A stretch of DNA of 64,000 nt from Eledone cirrhosa (taxonomy: Eukaryota): NCBI GenBank assembly GCA_964016885.1, contig OZ024740.1, positions 335,234,001-335,298,000 on the forward strand, written 5' to 3'. Below are positions 44,688 through 58,257 of this stretch, piece by piece. A program made the position numbers and the translations under genes. The first letter of the stretch is position 1, and each line of letters begins with the position of its first letter. Below the pieces are notes generated by a model. The model was not told the DNA's origin. It made no database searches and saw only the letters and a list, made by a program, of their open reading frames with translations.

Positions 44688-46858
44688 TATATTTGTTTTT
44701 GTGTATATATATGTATATTATTACAAGGTCATGACTTGCAGCTATGGTTGTCAGAGTTACACACGTTTACCATACAATTTAACGCACGGAGTACGACATC
44801 CCGCGTTCAGTTGCCTCTTAACAAATTATAACATTACATCATATGCTGAACGCATGTAACCACATAGCAATGTTAACATTTACCAACAGTGCTGTTATTC
44901 TGTCTTCCATTTCTCTCACCTCACCATTCTTAATATTCCGACTCAACTTCCATGATGTCTTTCACGCAATTGAAGCATTTTTTTTTCACTTTTTTCCAAT
45001 ATATTGAATATAATTTCTTTAAGAATTCAATAGTAATATTTCTTCAACAATCATTATTATCATTATAATAATTATTTTGATTGAATTTGCCGCTGCTGTC
45101 GGTATTGTTGTTAGTGATGTGGTGGCGGTTTGTGGCAATGGTGGTTATAATAAAATTATACACATTAATATTTTTTTATATTTTTCCACGTTTTACTTTC
45201 AAATTTAGTTTCAAAAGAAACAAAAAGAAATATTTTTTTATGAATCATTCTTTCCTGTTTTCTTTCTATATTGTCATCTTTTTCTTTCTCATCTTCTGTT
45301 TCTTCAGTGACAATACAACTTGATAACCACTGTTAACTATTTTGCTATTACATTTCTCCTGTTCTTTTCTTTCTATCTTACACTTTTCAACGACTGCAAA
45401 CCTTCTGTCATATTCGACATGATTCTTAGCTTGAGATAAGTTTTTTTTTCTGTTTTATATTTTATATTCCATAATTTCATATTTTCAGAATATTTCCCTC
45501 ATTTTATTACATTTTCTTCATATTTATTTTTAGTGTTAAATAAGATATAACTTTGCCTCTATCTCAGGATTACTGGCTTCAGTTTTCAATTAAATATTCA
45601 TTATTTACTATATCCGATCATGTTTCATTAATATTTCATGAGAGATGTGAGCATCGAATCTTAGTGCAAAATTATTGTCCCACAATTGTTTATATAAGCA
45701 AACACACCATATATACATCATACACGCACATGTACACAGTCAATCATATAATATACCCACCATACATACATCTCTGAAAACATAGTCTTATTGTTGTTTA
45801 GCTCAAAGTAATCCCACGACCTAATCAAAGGCTTCCAGCTCTGACTACACTTTTAGTATTTCAGGTACATTGATGTTTGAAATGATTATCACCAATATGT
45901 ATGTGTGACTTTGTGTATATTTGTGCTTATATGTATATACATGCACATATGCATATATGAATATACATAAATTCGTATAAAAATTATAAATTTCAATCTA
46001 ACGTTTTAATGTAAACAATCAAACATTAACAGTCTAAAATTGAAGGGAAAAAACTGAAAAAAAAAAGCTATTTGAACCCCGTATTTTTTGTTCGTCACAT
46101 AAATGCTATATTACATATAACATATTGAGTTCACAATATTTCCTCTTTTAAATTTATTAGAAATATCTATCTGCTATACTTATCATCCAACTAGTCATTG
46201 TCTTTGAATGTTTACGGCAAATTATGAAGAATTTAGTTGTGCCTCTTCCACTAAAGTTAATTTATTCTAATTCGTTTGAGAGACGATAATTAAGTTAATG
46301 AATATAATGAATGATAAAATAACGGTCAATATTTCACATAAACGAAACTGAATAGTAAAAAGATTGATTGTAAAGAATAAATAGAAATTAAAAACTACAA
46401 CAAAGCAATTAAGGAAAATTAAATAAGTCATATTGATGGATCCTCTGTGGATTTCGAAAATGAACATTTATTTCTTCAATCACCGGAATCATCTGACTGT
46501 TGAAATTGCTGTATATGTGTCCAACGATTCCACATACGCGTGTAGCTTTAATACATTTCTCAGGCAGAATCAGAGTGACATATGTGACAAGACTGCGTCA
46601 TTAAATTCAATCGATCCAGCGGGCGTAATTTCACTCACAATGTTTGGGTCGATCTCTGGCCAAGTTTAAACACATACCAAAGTTAGCACGCGGTGGGATC
46701 CAACCTTTCGCATTTAGTCATTCTTGTGCCCATATTGAATACAGTGTGAAACGAGTCACATTTGGTTTGATGCACGAGGAAGTGGTGTAATAGTAGATAT
46801 AGTATTAAGAGGTCTATGAGATATAACCATAGTTAATTGTATATATATATATATATAT

Positions 46859-47065
46859 ATAGGAACCAGTAAGACCCCGACAGCTGAGCTCAAGCCGTTT
46901 CGACGGCTAATTCTGGACTAAATCATTTAGTCCAGAATTAGCCGTCGAAACGGCTTGAGCTCAGCTGTCGGGGTCTTACTGGTTCCTATTACCCACTCTA
47001 CTACCTCAAGTATTGAGTACTTTGGTGCGTTATGGTCCACCTGGTTCCTTACCACATTTCCTTCG

Positions 47066-47068
<3 letters not shown>
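46859..47068 (+). mobile_element. PLE terminal fragment starting with a perfect ~130-bp palindrome containing an HHR 3' half
   Basis: Arms 46859-46923 and 46925-46989; GAAA-cggc..gctg-TC-gggg at 46947-46973; TA flanks. Confidence 0.8.
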
Positions 47069-47160
<92 letters not shown>

Positions 47161-47582
47161 TGTGTTTATGTGTGCGTGTCTTGTAAACATATGCACAAGC
47201 ACACATATAGCTCACAACATCCACACGCACACATGCAAATACAATCCATTAATGGAACAGTAAAAATATGTAAAACATTCCAAAAATTCTGCGTCAGATA
47301 CAAAGCATATCCACATGCACACACACCTCAAAGCATCCACATCCACACGTATAATAACATCCATACCTGGACACACATGCATGAAGACATGCATACATAT
47401 CTACCTAGTTGATGTTGTGTAAATTGCAACGAGATAGTCTTGTATCTATGTTAGAAACCGGCTCTCTCTATATTCGCAAAACTTTATGAAATTATAAAAG
47501 AAGAACATACATACATAAATACATGTATACACACACACACACACACATACACACATACATACATACATACATACATACATAC

Positions 47583-47613
<31 letters not shown>

Positions 47614-49114
47614 GATACATACATACATACATACATACATACATACATACATACAAGCATGCATACATGCATGCTGTCTTGAGCTCAAAAGGGATGCTCT
47701 GACAGTTGATGAGATCTTTAGCATTATGAGATCTTTAGAGAGAATTTAATAAAGATCGAGTGTTTATTATAGTTGCATAGGTAAAATATGTTTTTATGAC
47801 ATTTTAATTAATAATTTGTCCTTCTCTATAAAATTAATTGTTTAAGCTGTTCAATATCCCGTCGTTAATATATTGATTCACATATGATTAATTGATCGCA
47901 AATATTTTAAATTGGTGCTATTATTCTCTAGTTGTTAAGAGGGAGTGCTAATGTATTGTACATATATAAATATATTATGTGTACGTAGTATGCGTGTAGG
48001 GTGTTTATAACTCCTCCGTATCTTGGAGACATCAATTCCTGTCCGTCCTGTATGATATATGTTGCTTGGAGGGGTTTTTTGTAACGTGTTAGTTGAAAAG
48101 AATTTGCTAGTGTTTAGCTCAACTCCCCCCTCATTTCTCAAAGGAAAGTATAACTCAGCATTTTCCACACATGACCTTCTTTCAGGACAGTATAGCCGAT
48201 TCTGAGAAAGTGCAGAGAAAGAGGAAGAAGGAATCGATCTCAGAACTTGATTCATTCAACGTTTATCATCACTGTTGAACTCAGATCGCAAATGGTAGGA
48301 GCAATTTCCACATGTCATAAGTCCAAAGCTCTAACGATTTTGATAATCGACTTCGCTATGTATATATTTACCTAGAAAAATTCAAACATACCTTTTCAGT
48401 AATATGTAAGTTCTATACGCACAGGGATTTCATGCAGTGTCTAAGTTTTATTGGAAGAATTAACGTTATTCTGTTATTTCAATAGTTTGAGCTTTCGACT
48501 GGAAGCAAATTTATGCTAATCCCATCAGAGAATTTTGATGAGATATTATCTTTCTGTTATTGCTGTTAAATATTTACTTATGCTTTTGATTTCCAACTGT
48601 TTGCAAGTATTTATGTCTACATCCTGACTCATAAATACACCATAATATTTCTATATAGCAAATATAAATAGTTATATACCCCAAACGGATGAAAAACACT
48701 TTCTGTTACTATTCTTCGAAATCTAACAAACGAATATTCAGCATTCCACTTCAGTAAATTGATTCGGACCATTTACAATGCAATATAAGCGAAATCCCAA
48801 GATACGACATCACAGTGAGATCGAACCCTTCTGCATAAAAATTATCGAATACAATAGCTTGATGGAAGTGCCACTTGATCAAATCTCTTGCTTCGAAAAT
48901 CAATAGGACTAATACCCAGGGCTTACACGCCAGATAGACTGCTTGTCTATAATCACAGTTCAAAGAGTCAAATCCCCGTTGCATTAAAACATGCAATCTG
49001 ATCATTCATACTTGATCACACTCAGGATGAATATATACGAGAATGCAATTCAGTAACAGCATATATATATATATGGTGTTACTAAATTACTTTATCGCTT
49101 ATATATATATATTT

Positions 49115-49262
<148 letters not shown>

Positions 49263-49362
49263 GCGTGCGAGTGTGTCTAATAAAGAATGGTTTTCAGAAG
49301 AGAAGGGGAAAGAGAGAACAGATAAATGAGGTGCACAATACATTAGTAGAGAATGTACATGC

Positions 49363-49456
49363 TTTATTTCATATAGAAATGACTGCTACAGGATTTCAAA
49401 TGTTTCATCCTGATGACTTTGAACTCCTGCAGAAATCATTTCTATATGAAATAAAT
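49363..49456. repeat. Decayed fold-back related to the 13706/51088 HHR family
   Basis: Perfect 20-bp arms tttatttcatatagaaatga; the interior resembles gaaaca..cctgtag..tttctatat. Confidence 0.55.
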
Positions 49457-49623
49457 CATTAATTCATATAGATTCATATATATATATATATATATATATA
49501 GGAGGTGAGTTTTATTGTAGTACAATAAAGCTATGCAGATATCGGATAAGAAGCACTCTACAGTTTGTAGGACTGGAGTATACATAATATAAGATCAAAA
49601 GATGGTTAAAGGAGTTCCATGTA

Positions 49624-49690
49624 TTTTATTATGCGCATTTCAAAAACAAACATCATCATGCAATAATATTTGTGTTTTCATCAGATAAAA
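49624..49690 (-). ncRNA. Type I hammerhead with extended stem II
   Basis: ttttat-CTGATGA-aaacacaaatattat tgc atgatgatgtttgttttt-GAAA-tgcgca-TA-ataaaa. Confidence 0.85.
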
Positions 49691-50929
49691 CAGGAGAACA
49701 TGATATGAAGGCTAAAAAACACTTGTGGATAGTGCAGTTTTAAATCAACATATGAAAAGTGGTTTTAGATTGATGTGTGATATTGGGAAGAATATTTTAT
49801 TTAGAGAGGGGGGGTGGAAAGGATGAAAAAGGGGAGGAGATGAGAGGGAGAGATGGGTGATAGAGAGAAAGAGATAGTTTTTTATAACTGAGAGAAGATA
49901 TATTGTTTTACATAGAGAGGTTGAAAACCGTTGGAAGATAATGTATAAATTAAAAGAATTTGAAAATTAACGAAGGGAAAGATATGTACGAGGAAAAAAT
50001 ATTTTATTTAGGGAGGGGGGTGGAAAGGATGAAAAAAGGGGGAGGAGATGAGAGTGAAGGTGGAGAGGGAGAGATGGGTGATAGAGAGAAAGAGATAGTT
50101 TTTATAACTGAGAAAAGATATATTGTTTTACATAGAGAGGTTGAGAACCGTTGGAAGATAATGTATAAATTAAAAGAATTTGAAAATTAGCGAAGGGAAA
50201 AATATTTGCGAGGAAAGAGAGGGAGTTTATGTATGAAGATAGAGAGAAAAAAATAATAATTGTGGATGAATATTCTAACGTCAAAAAGGTGTATGTTGAT
50301 AAGTATTGTGGCAATTTCAAAATTAACGAAGAGAAAAAATTATTAAGGTTTGTGTGTAGAAGGATTTGAGAAAAATAATGTGAAGTTAAAGTTTGTATTT
50401 TGAAGGAATTGATAATATGTGCGAAGAACGAGTTAATATGTATTAAGAATGAGTTCGTTGATGGGGAGAAAAAAATAATAAATTAAGGATGAAATTGAGA
50501 TTAAAAAGTTTTATGATAGAGAGAAAAAATGATAATAATTGCGGATGAATATTCTAACGTCAAAAAAATAAATGTATATGTTATGAAGGATTTTACAAGG
50601 TGAAGATAGAAAGAGGGTAATGAGTAAACAAATATTATAGAGTGTATAATGCCCTTTAAAGTAAGGTAGGAAGATGGGTATATTTTAAAGAGGTGTATGT
50701 ATATGTGCCTTTGAGAAAAGATTCTAAATTGATAAAGAATTGAATATTAACTGTATACTTTGTGAAAAGTCCTATGGAATTTATGCAGGCAGATAGAAAA
50801 CAAATCTGTACGTCTATTTATTACAGAATCTATAGATTTGTTTTCTATCTGCCTGCATAAATTCCATAGGACTTGTCACAAAGTATACAGTTAATATTCA
50901 ATTTTTAGCCTTCATATCATGTTCTCCTG

Positions 50930-50996
50930 TTTTATCTGATGAAAACACAAATATTATTGCATGATGATGTTTGTTTTTGAAATGCGCATAATAAAA
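50930..50996 (+). ncRNA. Identical inverted copy of the 49624-49690 hammerhead
   Basis: CTGATGA 50936-50942, GAAA 50979-50982. Confidence 0.85.
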
Positions 50997-51028
50997 TACA
51001 TGGAACTCCTTTAACCATCTTTTGATCT

Positions 51029-51070
<42 letters not shown>

Positions 51071-51074
<4 letters not shown>

Positions 51075-51268
51075 TTAATATAGATGAGATTCTACAGGAC
51101 TAGAACTGTTTCATTCTTTAGAAATCATCAGGAATCCTCATGATTTCTAAAGAATGAAACAGTTCTAGTCCTGTAGAATCTCATCTATATTAAAACTTTT
51201 ATACTCTGCTATGTTTTGAGTACCTTACTTACTCTGGTTACCTCCGATTCAACCCGGAATAACTTACC
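51071..51268 (+). mobile_element. PLE terminal fragment: 127-bp palindrome of two back-to-back hammerheads
   Basis: Arms 51071-51133 and 51135-51197; the tail 51198-51268 resembles 35393-35455. Confidence 0.8.
51088..51136 (-). ncRNA. Type I hammerhead ribozyme (same family as 13706)
   Basis: gattc-CTGATGA-tttc taaa gaat-GAAA-cag ttctagtc ctg-TA-gaatc; the plus-strand twin has CTCATGA. Confidence 0.88.
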
Positions 51269-51296
<28 letters not shown>

Positions 51297-51300
<4 letters not shown>

Positions 51301-51474
51301 CTCAAGCCGTTTCGACGGCTATTTCTGGACTCAGAAATAGCCAGAAATAGCTGTCGAAACGGGTTGAACTCTGCCGTCGGGTCATACATTTTCCTATTAT
51401 CCACTCTACTACCCTAAGTATTGAGTAATATGGTGCGTTATAGACCATCTGGTTCTTTAACACAACTCCTTCGT

Positions 51475-51478
<4 letters not shown>
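51297..51478 (+). mobile_element. Diverged relative of 46859-47068, also beginning with a fold-back
   Basis: gagctcaagccgtttcgacggcta..tagctgtcgaaacgggttgaactc, with a similar 3' tail ending ccttcgtta. Confidence 0.8.
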
Positions 51479-51569
<91 letters not shown>

Positions 51570-52329
51570 GTAAGACACTCTCGGGAGAGCTGGACAGCAG
51601 AACGTTTTCAGAAAAGTGTTTAGGCCCTTAACTTCTTACAGCCTATGGGGACCGGGTCGCATCCAGGTCATGACTCCTGGGAGCACTTCTGCTGACCTTT
51701 AGCCATTCGGAGATCGATGACTTACTGTGTATCTATACCGTGTGGTATTTTGTTGACAGGATCTAGCTGGTATTCCTATCACTTATCTCTGCTTTCAAAC
51801 TTACATTTAAATGAATTGTTGAACGGGAAATCTAATGCTGGTAGTCATGATAGCGCCGATATGCCAATACCGTCACCGGCGCTGCCGCCAACACTACAAA
51901 TAATGACTGACTAAGAATTACTAGCTTTACCGTAAGTTAACATTCAAACACGTGGTATGGAAGTCATTGTGGTTCCTCCTCCATCAGATCCAGTTGAAAA
52001 TCATTTACGTTGCCTTGGTTCCTTGTGTTCTGAGAGATTGAAAGTTGTTTCATGAGACTGTAGGCAGATTTGCCTACAAAGCCTCTGACTCCATCCTCTT
52101 TGGCAAGAGACTTGATTCGGAAAACGGCTCTTCTCAGTCTGTTGGCCAAACTGGCGAATACTTAAAGTACCAGTAACGCACTGTGATCAATTTAATCAAC
52201 TTTATCTCCCCTCAAAATTGTTGGCCATGCGCCTAAATCAGAAACCAATTTTATTATAATTTACGACTGCCGTCAAAAAAATCTCAGAATTGTTCAATCA
52301 GCTTCTCAACATACACACACTTAGATATT

Positions 52330-52910
52330 ATATGTGCTTATACATATATACAGCCCAATATAACACCACACAGATAATACATAACAACGCTTAACAACAT
52401 GCTAACTCCAACCAAAATCTGACCAACCAGCAACATAACAACAATGCAATAGCCCCCTGGTGTAACTGCAAAAATCCGGAGGAGTGCCCACTGAGAGGTG
52501 ATGGCCTCATCAGGAACATTGTGTACCAGTGCGATGTCACGGCCGGCCGAAATGAATACACCTATCTAGGCGCAACCTTGACAACCTTTAAGGATGGACT
52601 TTACAACCACAGAAGCTCTTTCAACCACAGACTTAAATGCTCCCAAACCTGACTGGCAGATTTGATCTGGGACCTCAAGGATAAGAACCTGAAATACCAG
52701 ATCAAATGGTCCGTCAGTAGACACGTGACCCAACTCTCCACCGGGGGGAAGCCACTGCAGGTTGTGCCCGGCCGAATTGGCCGAAATGAAACAACTTTAA
52801 ATTAAAATCATGAAACAACTTTAAATTAAAATCGACCATTAATTTGAGATCGGAAAACCTAATAAACTGCAGACACACCAGGAAACATAAATTCTCCGCC
52901 TTCATATTCG
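52330..52910 (+). pseudogene. Degenerate Naiad-type GIY-YIG endonuclease
   Basis: CNCKNPEECPLRG..NIVYQC..YLGAT..FK..YNHRSSF..IWDLK..IKWSV..CRLC..E..NCRH, with a stop and a frameshift. Confidence 0.88.
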
Positions 52911-54003
52911 GGCAGGAGCCACGTACAAAACATAACCTAAACACAATATCGGAATGACCTCTACTATTTTCATATCTCATTTCATTACCACTGTTATCCT
53001 TGTTAATTTTACTTTTACTCCTGTAAATATTAGATTGCATCCTTTATCATATCCCCCACCACTAAACATATCATGATGCATCCACCACTCTCAACCACAC
53101 CAACACATACCGCATACCCTTGAGTCACACACAAACCACCTGCACCATACTCTTCACAAGTGATTTCATCACCTCCTTTTGTATTACTAATTTCACCACC
53201 GTTGTTTAACATCACTTGTATTCCCTAGCACACTTTCACCCTTCTCATATTTTGTCTACCACCATTTAATCACACATGATATCATCTACATGCACTGCTA
53301 ACGCACGTACATCCACGCTTACTTTGTGTGTGTATACATATGTATGTGCATATGTATGTGCATATGTATATGTATATGTGTGTATGTATATATGTATATA
53401 TGTACATGTGTGTTTTCCTGCACCCCGGCACAAAGATATAGTAGTATTGAGCCCCGGACTATCAGCACGCATATCTCGTTAGCGTGTACACATGCGGAGG
53501 CGCAGACATATGTATGGTGTGTGCGTGGGACAGTGTGTCCGAAATACCTATAATTCGTATGAGATATATGTGAGCTCGTTGTGCCAGTGCGGGCGTGCAG
53601 GATAACCAGTGTGGAGATTACATAAGCCTTCCCACGAGCAGACGCATCTATTAATGTATGCCCGTGTGGCTCCGAGTATCTTCCGCGCGTACCAGTGTGG
53701 GATGATGCATGACTGTATACATATTTACATTGATCCATGTGTGGGTGTGCATGCATGCGCGTATGTATCCGGGTGCTTATGTACACATGTATATTTATTT
53801 TCCTTTTTATATTCTTTTAATAAAATATGCACTGCATCTTGCCTCTACCCACAGTGATTTAGCAACCTTTATTAAAAAAAATAAACAATTTTATAGTCTT
53901 TTCAAACACAAATCTCATACCATAAACCTTTATTTCATTAATTCTTTATCTATATTTTCAAACACTAAACTCATACCATTTTCATCACTTCATTAATTAT
54001 TTA

Positions 54004-54170
54004 GGTGGATTGGCAGTATCGGTAGAGGGTCGGACGCCATGCTTTGCAGCAAAGAGTTACGGCCCTTTATGGCCTGAGTTCAAATCCCGCCGAGTTTAAC
54101 TTACGGGGTTGATGAAATAAAGTACGGAACTGGAATAATTGCTGACCTTGTGCAAAAAGTAGAAATAATT
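54004..54170 (+). mobile_element. tRNA-type SINE, family A (internal deletion)
   Basis: Same head and tail. Confidence 0.8.
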
Positions 54171-55214
54171 AATTATTTATGGTGCAAAACCACTCTTCCG
54201 TGACAAACGGATGACCAACTAAATCCCTCTCACACCTAGTACAGCATCGCATCTTTCATGTCCCATCACTCACAGCCCTACCACATCCACAACATACCCA
54301 GCACCTCCACCTCACCATGTTCACACCACACCCCCTGCAACTCACATCAACCATCGCTCCCCACCATCACCTCTTCACTATGCTCATCTACCCACCTATC
54401 ACACATACCAAAAAGTTCCTCATAACTAAAGCACCAATCAAGACAACATAATTTGTTGTTGTTTTTTTCGTGCAAATAAAATTGAAAATCTTAAAGTTTT
54501 CGTCAGCAACATTTGTACTATATCTAGTATAACAGATGCTCCAATTAGACATCTGATTTTCCGTATTTGGTAAGTATAATCAAATAAGTGTGCTATCAAA
54601 TATTTGAAAACAGAAGAACAAAGGTTTATCAAATTATGTTGAGAACATATATTGATCTATTATTAAACCACACTATCCGTTAGCTAGCGTGGACTCGACA
54701 ATATCCTTACAGCTCTCAGCTAGACACATAACATAGACTTTACCGGGAAGGGTTAACACGGAGATCCCTCTATAATTGGAGCAATATATACGTGCATATA
54801 TTTAAGGAAAAGAAATTGAAAATGCAACTGGAGTCTTTTAAGAATATGTATTTACTTTACCGATTTCTCACTAGTGCGAAAGTAAAATTGAGATGGAACG
54901 TTTGTGTTTCTGTTGTAGTTTGTCTTGCATCTAGTTTAAAAATAAATTCTTTCTGATTTTTGAAAAAAAATCTGGCTTAGATTGCTATTTGTTAAATTAT
55001 AATTTGATTGGTTGATGACAGTCATGTGATTAGGTACAGTAATTTCTGCGGCAGGAAAAGTGGATCAAATTGCTATTTGCCCTTCTATTTTTTGGTGGCA
55101 GTCACATGATTTGTGTGTGTTTGTGTGGGAGTAGTTGCTGGAAAACAAAATTATTTGCATTTTTGTATGCGCGCACGTGTTTATCCATAGACGTTTATCG
55201 CATTAGTAATAATA

Positions 55215-55890
55215 CTTTCGACCAACTCAATGAATTCATAACCTTAATTAACAGCATCAATTACCATATCCAATTCACAATGAAAAACAGTCACGACCGA
55301 CTCCCTTTTCTCGACATCTTAATCATTAAAAAAAACACAAATATTGAAACTGACATCCAGCACAAACCAACTGATAGCAAACAATACCTGCTATTCACCA
55401 ACTATCCAAGGCAAACGAATTAAAGTAAATTCTGCTCGAAAGACAGTACCCATCATTATTGATAATTAATGGAATAGAAAGGGCTAAAGCATACAAGAAT
55501 TACGAAAACCGAAACAAACTCAAAGTATTTTAAATATTCTATCATATATCTCAACACACAACCCAGGAAGCATACAACATTATGAACAAGAAGATTCCAC
55601 TATTGAAACAAGACCCAAGAATGATAAAAGCACTTGAAATACATGAAATAATCAAGAGCAAAACACAACCTAAATCACTAAAAGCATTACTAACCAGTGC
55701 GAAATTATCCACCACAAACCCAACACCAACTGTCAAAAAATGTTGTCGCTCTAATTGCAGGACTTGCATTTACCTCATTGAAGGAACAATGTAAAAACTT
55801 CAATGAGGACAAACTTTTGTTACAACAAATCATTTCACTTGTTCATCAAAAAATGTACTTTATGCTATTAAATGTAAAGGATGTAACGAA
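55215..55890 (+). pseudogene. Degenerate PLE RT-thumb/endonuclease remnant (Neptune-like motifs)
   Basis: IQFTM..LPFLDILI..HKPTDSKQYL; KKCCRSNCRTC; FTCSSKNVLYAIKCKGC. Confidence 0.8.
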
Positions 55891-56054
55891 TATACCACCA
55901 TCGCCTCCACTATTATCATCATGAGACACCAAACCACAAGAGAATTAAAAATATTTAGAAGACCATTCGCTATGAGCTTAAATAATTAAATATACGGTAT
56001 ATTGCCGAATATACTATACATACATGTATACATCGCTATTTCAGAGCACCAATA

Positions 56055-56110
<56 letters not shown>

Positions 56111-56210
56111 ATGATTTCTATAATCATGTAGAATTCATTTCTATAATAAAGATGTATATACTAGACCAATGATATATTATATTAGAAATAACTACATACT
56201 ATAACATATA

Positions 56211-56271
<61 letters not shown>

Positions 56272-56506
56272 AGTGTGTGTGTGTGAGTGTGTGCATTATT
56301 CTATATCATGGCTAAGTGTTGTTAATATGGAGTCACACCGGTATGCACAAAGTGTCCTCATTTAGTGTTATGATGCTGTGAGTACGAGAGTGAAACGTGA
56401 GACTAATGAAAATCATCACTTTTCAATATTAAAGAATATTACTAATACCTACTTCGGTATTATGTACTCATTCTCTGCTCCGTCAAAATCATACCGGTAT
56501 ATATAT

Positions 56507-56560
<54 letters not shown>

Positions 56561-56828
56561 GACATTCCTCAAGCTATATGGACAGTAACAACACATTGGG
56601 ATGGGAACTTCCCTCAAGCTATAGGGACTTCTCTGGAACATGTAGACACCTCAGGGTCTGGACCTTCTTCAAGCTATATGGACAGTAACAACACATTAGG
56701 ATGGGAACTCACCTCAAACTATAGGGACTCCTCCGTGACATGCAGACACCTCAGGGACGGGACCTTTCTCAAGCTATATGGACAATAACAACACAATGGG
56801 ATGGGAACTTCCCTCTAGCTATAAGGAC
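56561..56828. repeat. 100-bp-period tandem repeat, about 2.7 copies
   Basis: tcaagctatatggaca recurs at 56569, 56669 and 56769. Confidence 0.9.
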
Positions 56829-57989
56829 AGCAGCCCCACCACACCGAGCCCACGGTAAACCACCCCCTGCACAGTCACCACCCCTAGCCCTGCCTCGATC
56901 GACTCCTGTGACAACACATACTTATGCATATGTCCATGCATAGATACTGTTATTTAGGATTGTACATGCACAGATACTTATATGTGTGTGTGAGCGTGTG
57001 CATGTGGGTCTGTGTGTGTGGGTGTCTGTGTGTGTATCTGGGTGTATGGGTGTGGGTTTATAATGTGTGTGTGAGGGGGGCATAGGGGGTGCACCTGGGC
57101 ATGTGCCTGTGCGTGTGTGCTTGGAACGATTTGAGTTGACATACACGCATAAGTGCTCTATGCCGAAATAGGAACTGTAGTCCTCTGCATTTCCGGATTT
57201 TAACACTCGGGTTCTGGTGTTTTACACTCCACCCTTGTCTCATTTGCTCTTAAAACGCACCACACCATGATAGTGTAAAGATTGTGATCCTTTGCACTTC
57301 TTGATTCTGACACAGCCTTTCTACTTCGGTCAATATCTTCCAAATCTTTCAAACTTTGAGATTGGTTATAACACACACGCATTTTATTTTATTATTTTAT
57401 TTTATTATTTTATTATCTTATTCTTTTTACTATTTTATTATTTATTTTTTTTTTACTTTATTTTATTTTACTTTTTTATTGATTTCTTTTATTCTTCTGT
57501 TGTTTTATTTTTTTCCTTTTTTATTTTCTTCATTTTATTGCCTTATATTCTTTTATTTCTCCATTTTACTTTATCTTACTTCTTCATCTGCTTGGAACAC
57601 ACACCCCCACCACACGAGAAATGGTGGCAGGATAGATGCCAACACACATACACAAATTATTCTAAAAATAGCGGCAGCCGAACTTAAGCTGACCCCAACA
57701 CTAACACCACTAACAACATAAGGAAGGAGGTCAGCTGCACTTAACAAAAACAACCACTACAGATTGCCTTGCCTCAGAAAAAATTTCTTTAGACTTTTGA
57801 CTGAGGAATGTTCTCACAACTGACCAATGGGAGGAGAGAGTGTCCTTTGACGCCGAAATTCGTTTGTTCGAATTCATGTTTCCAGTTCCTCAGAGAATTA
57901 ACAACCCAACCAGGAACTGGGCATATCGGAGTATTGACGGAGTTAAACACCTCAACAACATGTGTACCCGTCTCTATCACACCAATCGG

Positions 57990-58044
57990 ACTGCCTGAAG
58001 AGGTCACAGCCAAAGATGGCTGTCACCGAAATATATATAGCAGT
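57990..58044 (+). ncRNA. Type I hammerhead ribozyme
   Basis: actgc-CTGAAGA-ggtcacagcca aaga tggctgtcacc-GAAA-tatata-TA-gcagt; aataaa about 8 nt downstream. Confidence 0.9.
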
Positions 58045-58214
58045 ACACCTTTAATAAACGATGCCAAATCTTAAATATTTGACTTATTTATTTTATTTTA
58101 TTTTACTCCGGAATAACCAAACCAACACGCGCACACCGTCGAGTGCTCCATTCTGCCAACTAGGGTGTCGATATACGACCAATATATACTCAAAATAGAC
58201 TGGCAGGAAGGTAT

Positions 58215-58257
58215 ACGTTGCTGACGATAGCTAATAAGCTTGAAACTAGTACAGCGT
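58215..58257 (+). ncRNA. Minimal type I hammerhead ribozyme
   Basis: acgttg-CTGACGA-tagc taataa gctt-GAAA-ctag-TA-cagcgt. Confidence 0.9.

Larger units (their letters stand above)
49586..51035 (-). mobile_element. Naiad-type PLE 3' part related to 40405-41715, with two inverted segments
   Basis: The terminus matches 40405-40550; NRRTDLFSICLH..* at ~50820-50748; 50836-50905 inverts 50736-50811; 50902-51035 inverts 49586-49718. Confidence 0.82.

Noticed and set aside
52650-52652. In-frame TGA in a Naiad-type endonuclease as possible selenocysteine
   Set aside because: It aligns to Ser in TTSLA of the intact ORF, not to a Cys; the remnant is also frameshifted, and the intact ORF has no in-frame TGA.
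56561-56828. CRISPR-like repeat-spacer pattern
   Set aside because: The spacers are homologous to each other; eukaryotic context with no cas genes.
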